From Chiloscyllium plagiosum (taxonomy: Eukaryota), in the NCBI RefSeq assembly GCF_004010195.1, contig NC_057752.1, forward strand, positions 1,536,704-1,600,703: DNA of 64,000 nt. Direction: 5' to 3'. Under the pieces are notes generated by a model that was given only the letters and a program-made list of their open reading frames with translations, had not been told where the DNA came from and did not search any database. Shown here one piece after another: positions 51,221 to 63,113 of this stretch (its first letter is position 1; every line of letters begins with the position of its first letter). The translations under genes and the position numbers were made by a program.

Positions 51221-52190
51221 TACACCCAATGCCACCCTCATCCTGATGGCCACCTTTGTGTGTGGCTGCATCAAGCTGTGCGTGGATCCCCGGTACGCAA
51301 ACACCAAGTGTCACTACGTACTGAGGTTCTACCTGTCCCCGGTGTTGCGAAGGATGGGCCTGGCCTCGCTGCCGCGGAACGCTCCGAGTAGTTGGACCTT
51401 TCCATATCACCTGTCCTTCGTGGAGAAATTTATCAAGAAAAACACCTTTGACCACAAGTCAATCAGGAAGTGGACAGCACGTAGTGTCCTTGAGACCCTT
51501 CGGGAAAAGGAGAGGGCAGATCCTGTCGAGCGGTTCCCTGAGCAGACTGTCAAAGCAATTTGGCAGAATTCCTCACCGCCAGAACTTTCCAACAAGCACC
51601 AAGACATGGATTGGCTGGTGGTGAGAAGGGCTCTGCCCGTGAGATCCTTTATGCACNNNNNNNNNNNNNNNNNNNNNNNNNNNNNNNNNNNNNNNNNNNN
51701 NNNNNNNNNNNNNNNNNNNNNNNNNNNNNNNNNNNNNNNNNNNNNNNNNNNNNNNNNNNNNNNNNNNNNNNNNNNNNNNNNNNNNNNNNNNNCTCTCTGG
51801 GCGGTCCAAAACCTGTTGATCTTCCAGCTGAAGGAGTTGACCCCGACTGAGTGTTGCAGACTGGCACATTCCAAGGTCCAGGACTACGTGTTGAGGGACG
51901 CGCTGAAGCTTGGGGCAGCTGCCGCCAAGGCGCGGTGGGGAAAGACTGTCTTTCCCCGCCAAGGCGCGGTGTAAAGTCTGCCTGCCTAAAGAAGAACAGG
52001 GGGCTCGCGCAGTCATTTGGGCTCTGCTGACGCCTGAGCTAAAAATGTAATCGTACAGACCTGTAAATAGGAATGATTACTCTGTTTTCGGTATGCAAAG
52101 AAATGGAATGTTTACATATGTATGGCATGTCCAACTGTACAGATCATCAAAGTATTTTATGAATAAAGTATATTTTTGAAATAAACAAAA
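51221..52190 (+). mobile_element. Tx1/L1-clade non-LTR retrotransposon 3' end (ORF2 C-terminus, 3' UTR, A-rich tail)
   Basis: Open frame PNATLILMATFVCGCIK...IWQN...WLVVRRALPVRSFMH...CCRLAHSKVQDYVLRDALKLGAAAAKARWGK; CpG-rich; aataaa and A tail. Confidence 0.85.
51657..51792. other. Assembly gap
   Basis: Run of N. Confidence 1.
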
Positions 52191-52371
52191 GGAACACTGG
52201 AAGCAGACTGGGTGTGGCCAGCTCTCACAGACCTGGCTTTCGAGTTTTGTTTTTAGTTTTCAGATTTAGTTTGTCAGCACAGAGTCTCCACAGAGTTGGA
52301 AGCTTCAGGGAATGTCTCCTGGCTGCTATTCTCTGTGAATTTTCTCTTGATGTTGTTTTCCCTTCCTGGAC

Positions 52372-52582
52372 TGGGTATGGAACGAGCTGCCAGAGGAAGT
52401 GGTGGAGGCTGGTACAATTACAGCATTTAAAAGGCATCTGGATGGGTATATGAATAGGAAGGGTTTGGAGGGATATGGGCCGGGTGCTGGCAAATGGGAC
52501 TAGATTAGGTTGAGATATCTGGTCGGGATGGGCAGGTTGGACCGAAGGGTCTGTTTCCATGCTGTACCTCTCTCTGACTATA
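52372..52582 (+). mobile_element. CR1/HER1 3' end
   Basis: VWNELPEEVVEAG motif through the tail. Confidence 0.9.
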
Positions 52583-53239
52583 ACAGCATGTCAGAATCAG
52601 AGTCTGAATTTGCATTTTTGCCAAGGGCTGTGTTTATGGGATGTAACTGTACTGGAAAAGTTAATTCGTAATAGCTACTATATCTATTATTCAGTTATGT
52701 TTACCAACAGTCAAGTTATTCTAAATTCCTCTTTACTTTGGTTGTATTTTAACTAACGTGTTTAAATAAATGGTGTTTTGCATAATGTTGTGTAGTTTAC
52801 CAGTCTCATTGCATCGGGAATACATCTAAGAAATAAAATAAGAAGACGCTAGGGTCTGGCCTACCTTCTGAAAATATTTTGAAGGGGTCTAGTCTGGGCC
52901 ATAACAAGTACCATCCCATGATCCCCTACCACCAGCTGCTGCCATTGCTTTCCTGACATGTTCATCGTCATGGAATCAGACCCAAGCACATGGCACTGAC
53001 GAGAATAAAAGAAATAGGAGCCAAAAGTTGGCCATTTGGCCCCTCAAACTCACTCCGATATTCAGTAAGATCACAGCTGATCTTCTAGATCAACAGTATG
53101 TTCCCACCCAGTCCCCCTCCTGCTTGGTTCCCCTGAAATCCATGATTGATTGACTGTGGCACAGAAGGAGGCCATTCAGCCAGTCATGTCCATGGCAGCT
53201 CTCTGCAAAAGCAACATGCCTCACACCGCAGCCCCAGAG

Positions 53240-53760
53240 AAGGGTAAACACTGACCAGGATATTATGGAAAACTCTGATCTCCTTTTAAAATAGTGCTGC
53301 AGGATCTCTGACCATGAGAGGGCATATGGAGACCAGATTTGACATCTCTTCAAACAACAACACCACCTCCAACAATGAAGCACTTCCTCAGGGGAGTGTC
53401 CTCGGCCCAACCATCTTCAGCCACTTCAATGACTTTCTTTCCATCATAACATCAGAAGTAGGGCTGTTTGCTGATCATTACACCATGTTCAGCACCATTC
53501 ATGAGTCCTCAGATACTGAAGCAATCCATGGCCAAATACAGCAAGGCCAGGGACGATATCCAGGCTTGGGCTGATAATTGGCAAGTAGCATTTGCACTAC
53601 ACAAATGCCAGCCAAAAAAAGACCATCTCTGACAAGAGAGAATCTAAATAATGCCCATTAGCATTCAATGGCATTACCATTACTGAATCCTCCATGATCA
53701 CCATCCTGGGGGTTACCATTGATCCCAAACTCAACTGGACTGGCCATATAAACACCATGG
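53240..53760. mobile_element. Deu-SINE relic (-, 53240-53390) joined to a LINE family B RT fragment (+)
   Basis: PQGSVLGPTIFS...VGLFADHYT RT motif; upstream reverse-complement Deu core. Confidence 0.7.
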
Positions 53761-54824
53761 CACTGGAGGAAGGTAGGGTGTCATTATTTACAGGAAGCCC
53801 CCATGGGGAAGTGTGTTTACAGATGGCACAGTGGTAGTATCCCTGTCTGTGGGCCAGGAGGCTGGGTTCAAGTCCCATCTGCTGCAGTGTTGTGTAATAA
53901 CATTCTAAACAGGTTAATTAGGCAAAAGAAAAGAAGACATGACCTGAGGGATTGGGTGGAGCTGAATGCATTCTCCAACATTAACCCTTTCAGAACTGTT
54001 ACGTCACACAGTGACCTCAGGAGAAATGAATCTGAATGAGGCTCACAGCGCAGATAGAAAAGGCAACCCCCATTTGCTCTTCAGTCCACCCCGGCCTGGC
54101 TCCACATTCTGTCCAGTTTCACCTTCTGTGTACATGAGCTAGAAACGATTGCACTGTCATCCTTCCCAGAGGCAGAAACTGGCATATTGCCATCAGTTGA
54201 ACTGACATGAATATGTAGCAGACAGCACTAAGGAACGAGAGTGTAATGAAGCATTACACTTGTATTTCGCCCCCAGTGGCTTGATTTCAATCCAGTGAAC
54301 ATGTCGAGGCAAATTGACAGGCTCTCCCCCTCGCTGGTACAGATGCCACCATGGGATGCTACGTGCAGCCTGGAGCAGAGACTCTTTAGTGCCTCTGCCC
54401 GACTCTATGGTGGTCACTCAGCAACATTGCTGCTGCGTTGGTGCTATTTTCAGTTCGTAAAAGGAGAAAGCGAGGTTGAAAGCTCGATGCACAATAGGCC
54501 GTGCCTTAAAGAATTCACCATCAAGGGGAATACTGAGGTGTTCATTAATCATGGAGTAGGAGGCAGGCTGCAGCAAACACAAATCAAACTGATGTTCCCA
54601 GTGAGATGATTGGCTCAGACAGCCAGCATTCGAAATCGCTTTTTTATATTCACTTGTCTGCCTTGTGTTTGAAAGCAGATTTCTGTTTAAACTATGTTGG
54701 AAAAGCTCAGCAGGTCTTGGCAGTGTCTGAGAACAGTGAGAAGCAGGTCTGTGAACTCCCATCAGAAACTGGATCTCATTGCCTCTCTCCTGCCTTCCCT
54801 TGCACCTTGATCAGCTGGGAGAAG

Positions 54825-55918
54825 GAGCCAAGAAGTGGCAGATGGAGTTTAATTTAGATAAGTGTGAGGTGCTGCATTTTGCAAAGGCAAATCAGGACTT
54901 AATGGTAAGGTCCTGAGGAGTGTTGCTGAACAAAGAGACCTTGGAGTGCATAGCTCCTTGAAAGTGGAGTCACAGGTAGATAGGATAGTGAAGAAGGCGT
55001 TTGGTATGCTTTCCTTTATTGGTCAGAGTATTGAGTACAGGAGTTGGGAGGTCATGTTGCGGCTGTACAGGACATTGGTTAGGCCACTGTTGGAATATTG
55101 TGTGCAATTCTGGTCTCCCTGCTATAGGAAGGATGTTGTGAAACTTGAAAGGGTTCAGAAGAGATTTACAAGGATGTTACCAGGGTTGGAGGGTTTGAGC
55201 TATAGAGAGAGGCTGAACAGGCTGGGGCTGTTTTCCCTGGAGCGTCGGAGGCTGAGGGGGTGACCTTTTATAATATCACAAGGGGCATGGACAGGGTGAA
55301 TAGCCAAGGTCTTTTCCCCAGGATAGGGGAATCCAAAGCTAGAGAGCACATGAGGTTAGATTACCCACATTGTGGAAACAGGCCCTTCGGCCCAACAAGT
55401 CCATACCGACCTTCCAAAGAGTAACCAACCCAGACCCATTTCCCTCTGACTAATGCACCTAACACTATGGGCAATTTAGCATGACCAATTCACCTGACCT
55501 GCACATCTTTGGACTGTGGGAGGAAACCAGAGCATCCGGAGGAAACCCACACAGACACGGGGAGAATGTGCAAACTCCACACAGGCAGTTGCCCGAGGCT
55601 GGGATCAAACCTGGGACCCTGGTGCTGTGAGGCAGCAGTGCTAACCACTGAGCCACCGTGCAGCACATGTTTAAGGTGAGAGGGGAAAGATTTAAAAGGG
55701 ATCTAAGGGGCAACTTTTTTCATGCAGAGTGTGGTGTAAGTATAGAATGAGCTGCCAGAGGAAGTGGTGGAGGCTGGTACAGTTGCAACATTTAAAAGGC
55801 ATCTGGATGGGAAGGGTTTAGAGGGATATGGGTCAAATGCTTGCAAATGGACTAGATTACGTTAGGATATCTGGTTTGCAAAGATGAGTTGGACTGAAGG
55901 GTCTGTTTCGGTGCTGTA
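54825..55918 (+). mobile_element. CR1/HER1 3' region interrupted by an HE1 SINE (-, 55353-55661)
   Basis: ORF 54946-55263 ([19 protein letters not shown]); SINE TSD agcacatg at 55345-55352 and 55662-55669. Confidence 0.93.
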
Positions 55919-57264
55919 ATTGGTTCTCACCTCCTCCCCTTGCCTCTGTATTTCTTTTCAGCCTGTCTCTAAGTTCTTTCAGCTCTGTAGCAGATAACCT
56001 GAGAATTTGTTTCACCCCTTAAAACCTGTGCTATCGTCGGAGTCCAGGCAGCATCCTGTTTCTCCTGCAGTCTAAATTGTTGTTCCCTTCTGAAGTTTGG
56101 CATTTTTGCATTTGTCCTGATAAGTGCAAGGTGAGAAGCTATGCCTGTTTTTACAGCAAGAGGCTAATCCTGTACTGCTGAGGATATGATTTGTATACCT
56201 CATGAAAGTAATGAGAGAGGGACTGGATTGACTGCTTGACAAGGTGTGTGGAGCTACAGCTGGCCTGCAAAGCTGACTGGGTTCTTAACAGTGGCACACA
56301 GACTGGGGACAGGGGTCAGTTGCTGGAAGCTGGCCAACAGCCTTCGAATTGCTTTCAAACCACAGCTTGTCAGCAGGGGAAAGGGGAGTGCTTGTTTCTC
56401 AAACAAAAAAAAACGTTTAAATGGCAAAGGATTTGATTGCCAAGGGGACTGAATAAAAGGGGTGCAGCTGTGTGCCCCGACCACGGCTTTACTTATAAAA
56501 GCGTTTGAATTGGATTCTGCATTTTTGGCCAAGGCCTCGTGTTTTGAACATATTCGACTCTTCCAACCAGGCCCTGTGGCTATCTGTCAGGTGACGTAGC
56601 TGGCAAGGGTCAAAGGTCTACACATTACGGAAAGGGGATATGATTTCATCACTCACCAACACCCAGATGTCAGGGTGAGGTCAGGAATATTACTTACTGA
56701 GATCGGTCGATACCCATTATTTGGCATTATCAATTTGCACCATGTTTCTATCACTTACTCATTTGTGGTTGGCTTTCTCGATGTCACCGGCTCCCATTAG
56801 CTCAGTTCACTCAGTTCACTCAGTTTTAAAGGCCACGCTGCTCTCTGCTGCTGCCATTTATTAATGGTGCCTGTTAATTACAATGCAACCACCCGAACCT
56901 AAAATGGCTCCTTTTGACCAGGACAGTAAAACGCTTCAAGTTCCTGATACAGATGTTACAACACAGAAGGAAGCCACTCAGCCCAAGCAGTCCATGTTAC
57001 TTTTTATCCCCCACTCAATCCCTGGAGAGAGCTAAATGCCCTCCCTCATGGCTGGTTTGTCAGTGAGATGAGCATTCAGTAGGGTGGCAGGGTACCAAGT
57101 GGTGACCCCACTGCCTCTGGCCTGATTCGGCCTGTGACACGGTGGTCTAGGGACAGCCTGCTATTCACCCCTCACCAATGCCCAGTCGAGGCCTTTAAAT
57201 GAACGATTAAGACCGACTTGTGGGCCTCATCCCACCACCGGTTCAATCGCCTCGGGTTAACACC

Positions 57265-58100
57265 CTTGGAGTATTGTGTGCAGTTTTCGTTCTTTACCTG
57301 AGGAAGGATGTTCTGGCGAGGGAGGGAGGGCAGCGAAGGGTTTGCCAGACTGAATGGCAGGATGAACATATGAAGAGAGACCAATGGAGTTTTGAAGAAT
57401 GAGGGGGGATCTTATAGAAACCTATAAAATTCTAACAGGACTAGACAGGGTAAACACAGGAAGGATGTTTAAAGAAAACATAGAAAATTAGAACAGGAGT
57501 AGGCCATTCAGCCCTTCATTCCTGTTCCCTCATTCAATATGATCATGGCTGATCATTCAACTGTTCCCACTTTCTCCCCAAACCCTTTAGCACGGGTTTT
57601 AACTTATTTAACTTATTCTAGGAAACATTCAATGTTTCGGCCTCAATCGCTTAGCCTGTGACCCCCTGGTCATCAGGAACATCCTTCCTGCGTTGACTCT
57701 GTTTCATTCCTGTTCGAATTTTATAGGTTTCTATGAAATCTCCCTCATTCTTTAAGACTCCACTGAATATAGTTCAAACCGATCCAGCCTCTCTTCATAC
57801 GTCAGTCCAGCCATCCTCTGGAATCAGTCTGGTAAACCTTCACTGCCCTCCCTCCATCGCCCAGAACGTCCCTCTCCTCAGATACAGAGACCAAAACTGC
57901 ACGGAATACTCCAAAATAAAACTAAGAACTGTGGATACTGGGGAACTGAAGCAAAGAAAACCAAAAATGTCTGGAGAGCCTCTGCAGGCTCAGAACTAGT
58001 TCCGAGGAAGGGTCAGTGGCCTCAAGGCTAACTCTGTTCCTCTCGCCACGGATGCTGACAGGCCCGCTGAGTTTCTCCAGCAATTTCTGTTTGTGTTTCC
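57265..58100. mobile_element. CR1 fragments (+ 57265-57470; - 57478-57915) followed by a decayed palindromic PLE mini-element
   Basis: LEYCVQF and LIETYKILTGLDRVN motifs; ccgaggaagggtcagtggcctc core relic. Confidence 0.72.
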
Positions 58101-58459
58101 TTCACAAGACTCTGAGGTTCCCAGTGACTGTGGCCACCTTACTAGCTGCAGCTGTGAGGTGAAACTTGTTGTGAGCGGGAGCCCAGATTCTACCGTCGCT
58201 ACACCAGCTATCAGCCAGCTGGATAAGGGAGAGAAAGCATTGGCACTCCTCGCTGCCACCCCCTGGCAGTCCCAGGGTGAAAGTGCATGCTTGGGAGTTC
58301 CAGACCTGTGCTGTGATTTCCTTTCACAGTCGAGGTTGCTCGCTGGTCCTTTCTGTGCCATCCTGAACGCTGCTGGCTTCTGTGCAATATGCACTGATTG
58401 GCATCTCATCCTCCACCAGTGCTCAGTGACAGCAGTGGGTACTAGCAACAAGATGTTTT

Positions 58460-59500
58460 TTAATTCACTCGTGGGACATGGGAGTCACTGGCTGGGCCCA
58501 GCCTTTATTGCTCCGTCCCTAGTTGCCCCCCTTGAGAAGGTGGGGCTGAGCTGCCTTCTCGAGCTGCTGTAGTCCATGTGCTGTGGGTTGACCCACAATG
58601 CCCTTGGGATGGAATCCCAGGATTTTGACCCAACGACACTGAAGGAATGGCAATAGATTTCCCAGTCAGGTTGGTGAGTGGCTTGGAGGGGAACTTGCAG
58701 GGGGTGGTGTTCCCATATATCTGCTGCCCTTGTCCTTCCAGGTGGAAGTGGTCGTGGGTTTGGAAGGTGCTGTCGGAGGATCTTTGGTGAATTTCTGCAG
58801 GGGATCTTGTAGATAGTACACACTGCTGCTACTGAGTGTCAGTTGTGGAGGGAGTGGATGTTTGTGGATGTGGTGCCAATGAGGCGGGGGCTGCTTTGTC
58901 CTGGATGGTGTCAAGCTTCTTGAGTGTTGTTGGAGCTGCCCCCATCCAGGCAAGTGGGGAGTATTCCATCACACTCCTGACTTGGGCCTTGTAGATGGTG
59001 GACACGCTTTGGAGAGTCAGGAGGTGTATTACAAGCTGCAGGATTCCTAGCCTCTGACCTGCTTTTGTAGCTAGTGTTTATATGGCTGATCCAGTTTGAG
59101 TTTCTGGTCAATGATAACCCCCAGAATGGTGACGGTGGAGGGGGGGGGGGAGCGGAATTCAGTGATGGTAACACTAAAGGTACACTGCAGAAATTCTCAA
59201 GGCTCAGGCAGCACCTTCCAAACCCAGGACCACTTCCATCTGGAAGGACAAGGGCAGCAGATACATGGGAACACCACCCCCTTGCAAGTTCCCCTCCAAG
59301 CCACTCACCATCCTGGCTTGGAAATCTAACGGCGTTCCTTCAGTGTGGCTGGGTCAGAATCCTGGGATTCCATCCCAACAGCATTGTAGGTGTCACTGCA
59401 CCACACGAACTGCGGTGGTTCAAGAAGGCACCACTTTATCAAGGGGCAATAACTGTTACCTCTGACAGCTGTGCTCACATCCCATGAAGGAATGCGAAAA
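58460..59500. mobile_element. Two LINE family B 3' ends in inverted orientation (- 58460-59130; + 59180-59500)
   Basis: RQHLPNP..LP.GRTRAAD.WEHHPL present on both strands. Confidence 0.82.
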
Positions 59501-59869
59501 CAGAAGGTGATCGGGGTGGAAAGGAATTACAATTCCCAACATTTGTTGGGAGAAACGCATGATACTCCAGGACGAAACAGGAAGGATGTTCCTGATGCCT
59601 CGCGGGCAGGGGGTCCAGAACCAGGGATTGTAGGATACAGGGTAAGCCATTATTGATTTTGTTCAACTCTAGTAATGTCTTGATTCTCCTGCTGCATACA
59701 GCTGAGCAGCTGGTGCTTGTTTCCTTCGTGTCTGTTTTGAAGTGTTTGACCCTCTGAAGTATTCTAAGGAGCTGAATCAATCATGATTTATTTTCACGAC
59801 CAACTGAGGTCACTCCCACTTGAACACAATGAAGGTCTTCAGCGCAGGCTTCCCAAAGATGCCATCATC

Positions 59870-60182
59870 ATAGAGTCACAGAGATGTACAGCACGGAAAC
59901 AGACCCTTCGGTCCAACCCGTCCATGCCGACCAGATATCCCAACCCAATCTAGTCCCACCAGCCAGCACCCGGCCCATATCCCTCCAAACCCTTCCTATT
60001 CATATACTCATCCAGATGCCTCTTAAATGTTGCAATTGTACCAGCCTCCACCACTTCCTCTGGCAGCTCATTCCATACACGTACCACCCTCTGCGGGAAA
60101 AAGTTGCCCCTTAGGTCTCTTTTATATCTTTCCCCTCTCCCCCTGAACCTATGCCCTCTCGTTCTGGACTCCCTCACCCCTA
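59870..60182 (-). mobile_element. CR1/HER1 3' end
   Basis: ESRTRGHRF...GYGPGAGWWD and tail. Confidence 0.93.
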
Positions 60183-60311
60183 GACTTTGTCTAGCTCAGA
60201 AGTGGGGCTGGTTGCCGAGGAGTGCACAATGTTTGGCACCTTTCACAATTCCTCTAAAGGCATCAAAGGGTATAGGGGAGAAAGTGAGAACAGGGGACTG
60301 AGTTGGATGAT

Positions 60312-60477
60312 TAGTGTGGTGCTGGAAAAGCACTGCAGGCCAGGCAGCATCCGAGGAGCAGGAAAATCGATGTTTCGGGCAAAAACCCTTCATCGGATGC
60401 TGCCTGACCTGCTGTGCTTTTCCAGCACCACTCTAAGCGAGACTCTGATCTCCAGCATCTGCAGGCCTCACTTCCAC
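60312..60477. mobile_element. Palindromic PLE mini-element inside a CR1 3' UTR
   Basis: TSD ctg(a/g)gttggatgat at 60298-60311 and 60478-60491. Confidence 0.78.
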
Positions 60478-60832
60478 CTGGGTTGGATGATCAGCCATGA
60501 TCAGATTGATTGGGAGCAGGCTCGAAGGGCTGAGTGGCCTCCTCCTGTTTTCGAGGTTTCTAAATCCATTTTGAGTTCCTTTCGTTTCTCCAGTGAGATG
60601 GAGATCCATAAGAAATGATCATCCCTTTGTGTTTCATAGCTTCACTGTCCAACCTGCTGACACAGATAACTGCCAATTTCAGCCACTTGTATATTGCTGC
60701 AGCTATGTAACAAAGAAACTATTTCAGGCCCTGCAGTTCTGTGCTGAGCTGAGCTAGCTCACCTTACCTGTTTGTATTTATTCGGGGTTGTTTTTGGATG
60801 TGACCTTTTCAGTTTGGAGCTGCTGAAAGGTG

Positions 60833-60950
60833 GTGTGTGTGTGTGTGTCTGTGTGTGTGTGTGTGTGTCTGTCTGTGTGTGTGTGTGAGAGAGAGAGAGA
60901 GTGTGTCTGTGTGTGTGTCTGTCTGTGTGAGAGAGTGTATGTGTGTGTGT
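60833..60950. repeat. Compound (GT)n/(GA)n microsatellite
   Basis: Visible directly in the sequence. Confidence 0.97.
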
Positions 60951-61709
60951 AGGCTCAAATCAGGTTGGTTTCAAGGATGCAGGTTCATCCCATGTTAGTT
61001 TCCCACAAAGAATGTGCACCCACATTGCACAGGACACATAATCCAGCCCGTCTCACAGAGGGGAGAAATAGGCAGGGCTCCATGACGTTTCAGACAAGCT
61101 GACGATCACCAGAATAGAATCTGATTGAGGAAGGAGCAGAATCGAAAGATCCTCAGCCTGGCAGCTTCTTTTGGATATAGGCAGTCATTATAAAAGGCAT
61201 GCCTCTGTGCATCGACACTGTCACTGTTGGACAGATAGGCAGGGTTATATGAAGGAGGATTGTGTGGAGTGCAAACACTGATAGAAACCAATTCGGCCAA
61301 ATAGCTGGTATCTTTGTTGTCAATTCAGTACCATTTCCTGGCTGCCATGTTGGTTTTGGGCCCTGTTGTCTTACACATTTAGCAGCCTACAAGAGAACCG
61401 AATCTTTTGATCGCCCCTGAAATAATGTTTAATATTGTTTTGATGCTTTCCTCAGCACATGTGGAGATAATTGATTATACATTTGCAGCTAAAGAGCATG
61501 GTAAAAGCACATGACTCTCGACTTTGGCCGTCCCCAGAGCACTGAGAACTTGATTTCCTGCTGTCTGTTTCACCCACCATCTTGAAATCTATCACCATTC
61601 TTTCACCGTCACTGGGCGATAATCTGGAAAGGCTCCTCCCTAACAGCACTGTGGGTGTGACTGCAGAGGTTCAAGAAGGCAGCTCACCACCACCCTCTCC
61701 ACAGCAGGT

Positions 61710-62155
61710 CGAACAAAGGACAGCACAGCACAGGGACAGGCCCTTCGGCCCTCCAAGCCTGCACTGACACATTTTGCCCTTCCATACTAAAACTGTCTTC
61801 ACTTACAGGATCCGTATCCCTCTGTTCCCTTCCTATTCATGTATTCGTGCGGGTGAATGCTGCTATTGTGTCTGCGTCCACCCCCTCCTCTGGCAGCGCG
61901 TTCCAGGCACTGTGAAAAACCTGCCTCACACATCTCTTTTAAATCCCCCTCCCCCTCCCCCACACCTTGAACCTGTGTCCCCTAGTAATAGACCCCTCCA
62001 CCCTGGGGACAAAGCCTCATACTTCCCACTCTATCCACGCCTTTCACAATCTTATGAACGTCTATCGGGTCGCCCCTCAACCTCCTGCGTTCCAGTGAAA
62101 ACAAACCCAGTCTATCCAACCTTTCTTCATCGCTAAAATCCCCCCCATACCAGGC
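61710..62155 (-). mobile_element. CR1 LINE 3' fragment
   Basis: Reverse complement of the ERRRLRGDL/VWN-type motifs and 3' UTR. Confidence 0.78.
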
Positions 62156-62747
62156 AATAAATGCTGGGAAATGAGAGTTGCCCTGATTCTCATAGTCTCA
62201 CTCGCGACAATCGGCCCCCCCCAATGAAGGTGAAGAACCATCATTCACAATGATGCATTCATCACGATCCAGATCTGCCGTATATCCATGCCCTTCGGGT
62301 GTTCCTTTCTAGTATTGACAGATCCTCGCATTTCAACCTGGGCCCTTCTATCATCTTCAATTCACAATTCGTGCACTCAGCCAGTTGACTGGGCGCCTCC
62401 CCACATCTTGGATCACTGCAGTCTGACGAGTTCTCACACGGAGAATGTTGAGCGGGCTATTTGCCTTCCCACTTTAAAACAAATTGCTGCTTGGTATTCA
62501 AACCATTTCAACAATGACAACACACCATGAAATTGCATTATGACAATGAGTACAGTTAATCCCGTGAAAAGCTGGAGCAGAACAGCCGATTCTGGTTTGA
62601 GTGGATTGTGGTATTTGCTGGTGCTTTTGACCTTAGTAGAGGGCAAGGATATCCTGATTCACTGCATTCAGATTATTACTGCCACCGTGTGCTTCATCCT
62701 GCTTTCCTGGTGTTCAGCTTTGTGTGTTCTTCTGTGTTGTCCTTTTG

Positions 62748-63111
62748 GGAAGAAAAAAGTGAGGGCTGCAGATGCTGGAGATCAGAGCTGAAAATGTGTT
62801 GCTGGAAAAGCGCAGCAGGTCAGGCAGCATCCAAGGAGCAGGAGAATCGACGTTTCGGGCATAAACCCTTCCTGAAAAAGGGCTTATGCCCGAAACGTCG
62901 ATTCTCCTGTTCCTTGGATGCTGCCTGACCTGCTGTGCTTTTCCAGCAACACATTTTTAGTACATGTATGTGGAAATCAGCTAGGAGAAAGTGAGGACCG
63001 CAGATGCTGGAGATCAGAGCTGAAAATGTGTTGCTGGAAAAGCGCAGCAGGTCAGGCAGCATCCAAGGAGCAGGAGAATCGACGTTTCGGGCTTGAGCCC
63101 TTCTTCAGGAA
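62748..63111. mobile_element. Tripartite PLE mini-element (-/+/-) with hammerhead motifs
   Basis: 17-bp TSD tctgtgttgtccttttg at 62731-62747 and 63112-63128. Confidence 0.88.
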
Positions 63112-63113
63112 TC
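63076..63113 (-). ncRNA. Minimal type I hammerhead ribozyme motif, intact core
   Basis: gattc-CTGAAGA-a-GGGC(tcaa)GCCC-GAAAC-GTC-gattc. Confidence 0.75.

Larger units (their letters stand above)
51091..52906 (+). mobile_element. Probable solo LTR (~630 bp native) hosting Tx1 and CR1 insertions
   Basis: TGTGAC...ATAACA termini; aataaa in the 3' part; sequence continuous across the two inserts; no clear TSD. Confidence 0.5.

Noticed and set aside
246..55661. tRNA-like A/B boxes as tRNA genes
   Set aside because: They are SINE heads running into the V-domain and LINE-derived tail; no complete cloverleaf.
62540..62791. Hydrophobic ORF resembling a small membrane protein
   Set aside because: Runs into the PLE insertion, the hydrophobicity reflects T/G-rich sequence, and no family is recognisable.
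62872..62900. Plus-arm hammerhead as an active ribozyme
   Set aside because: Core reads CTGAAAA, losing a conserved G. The copies at 23400 (GAAAC deleted), 35560, 38657 and 49120 are similarly mutated and were not called as ncRNA.
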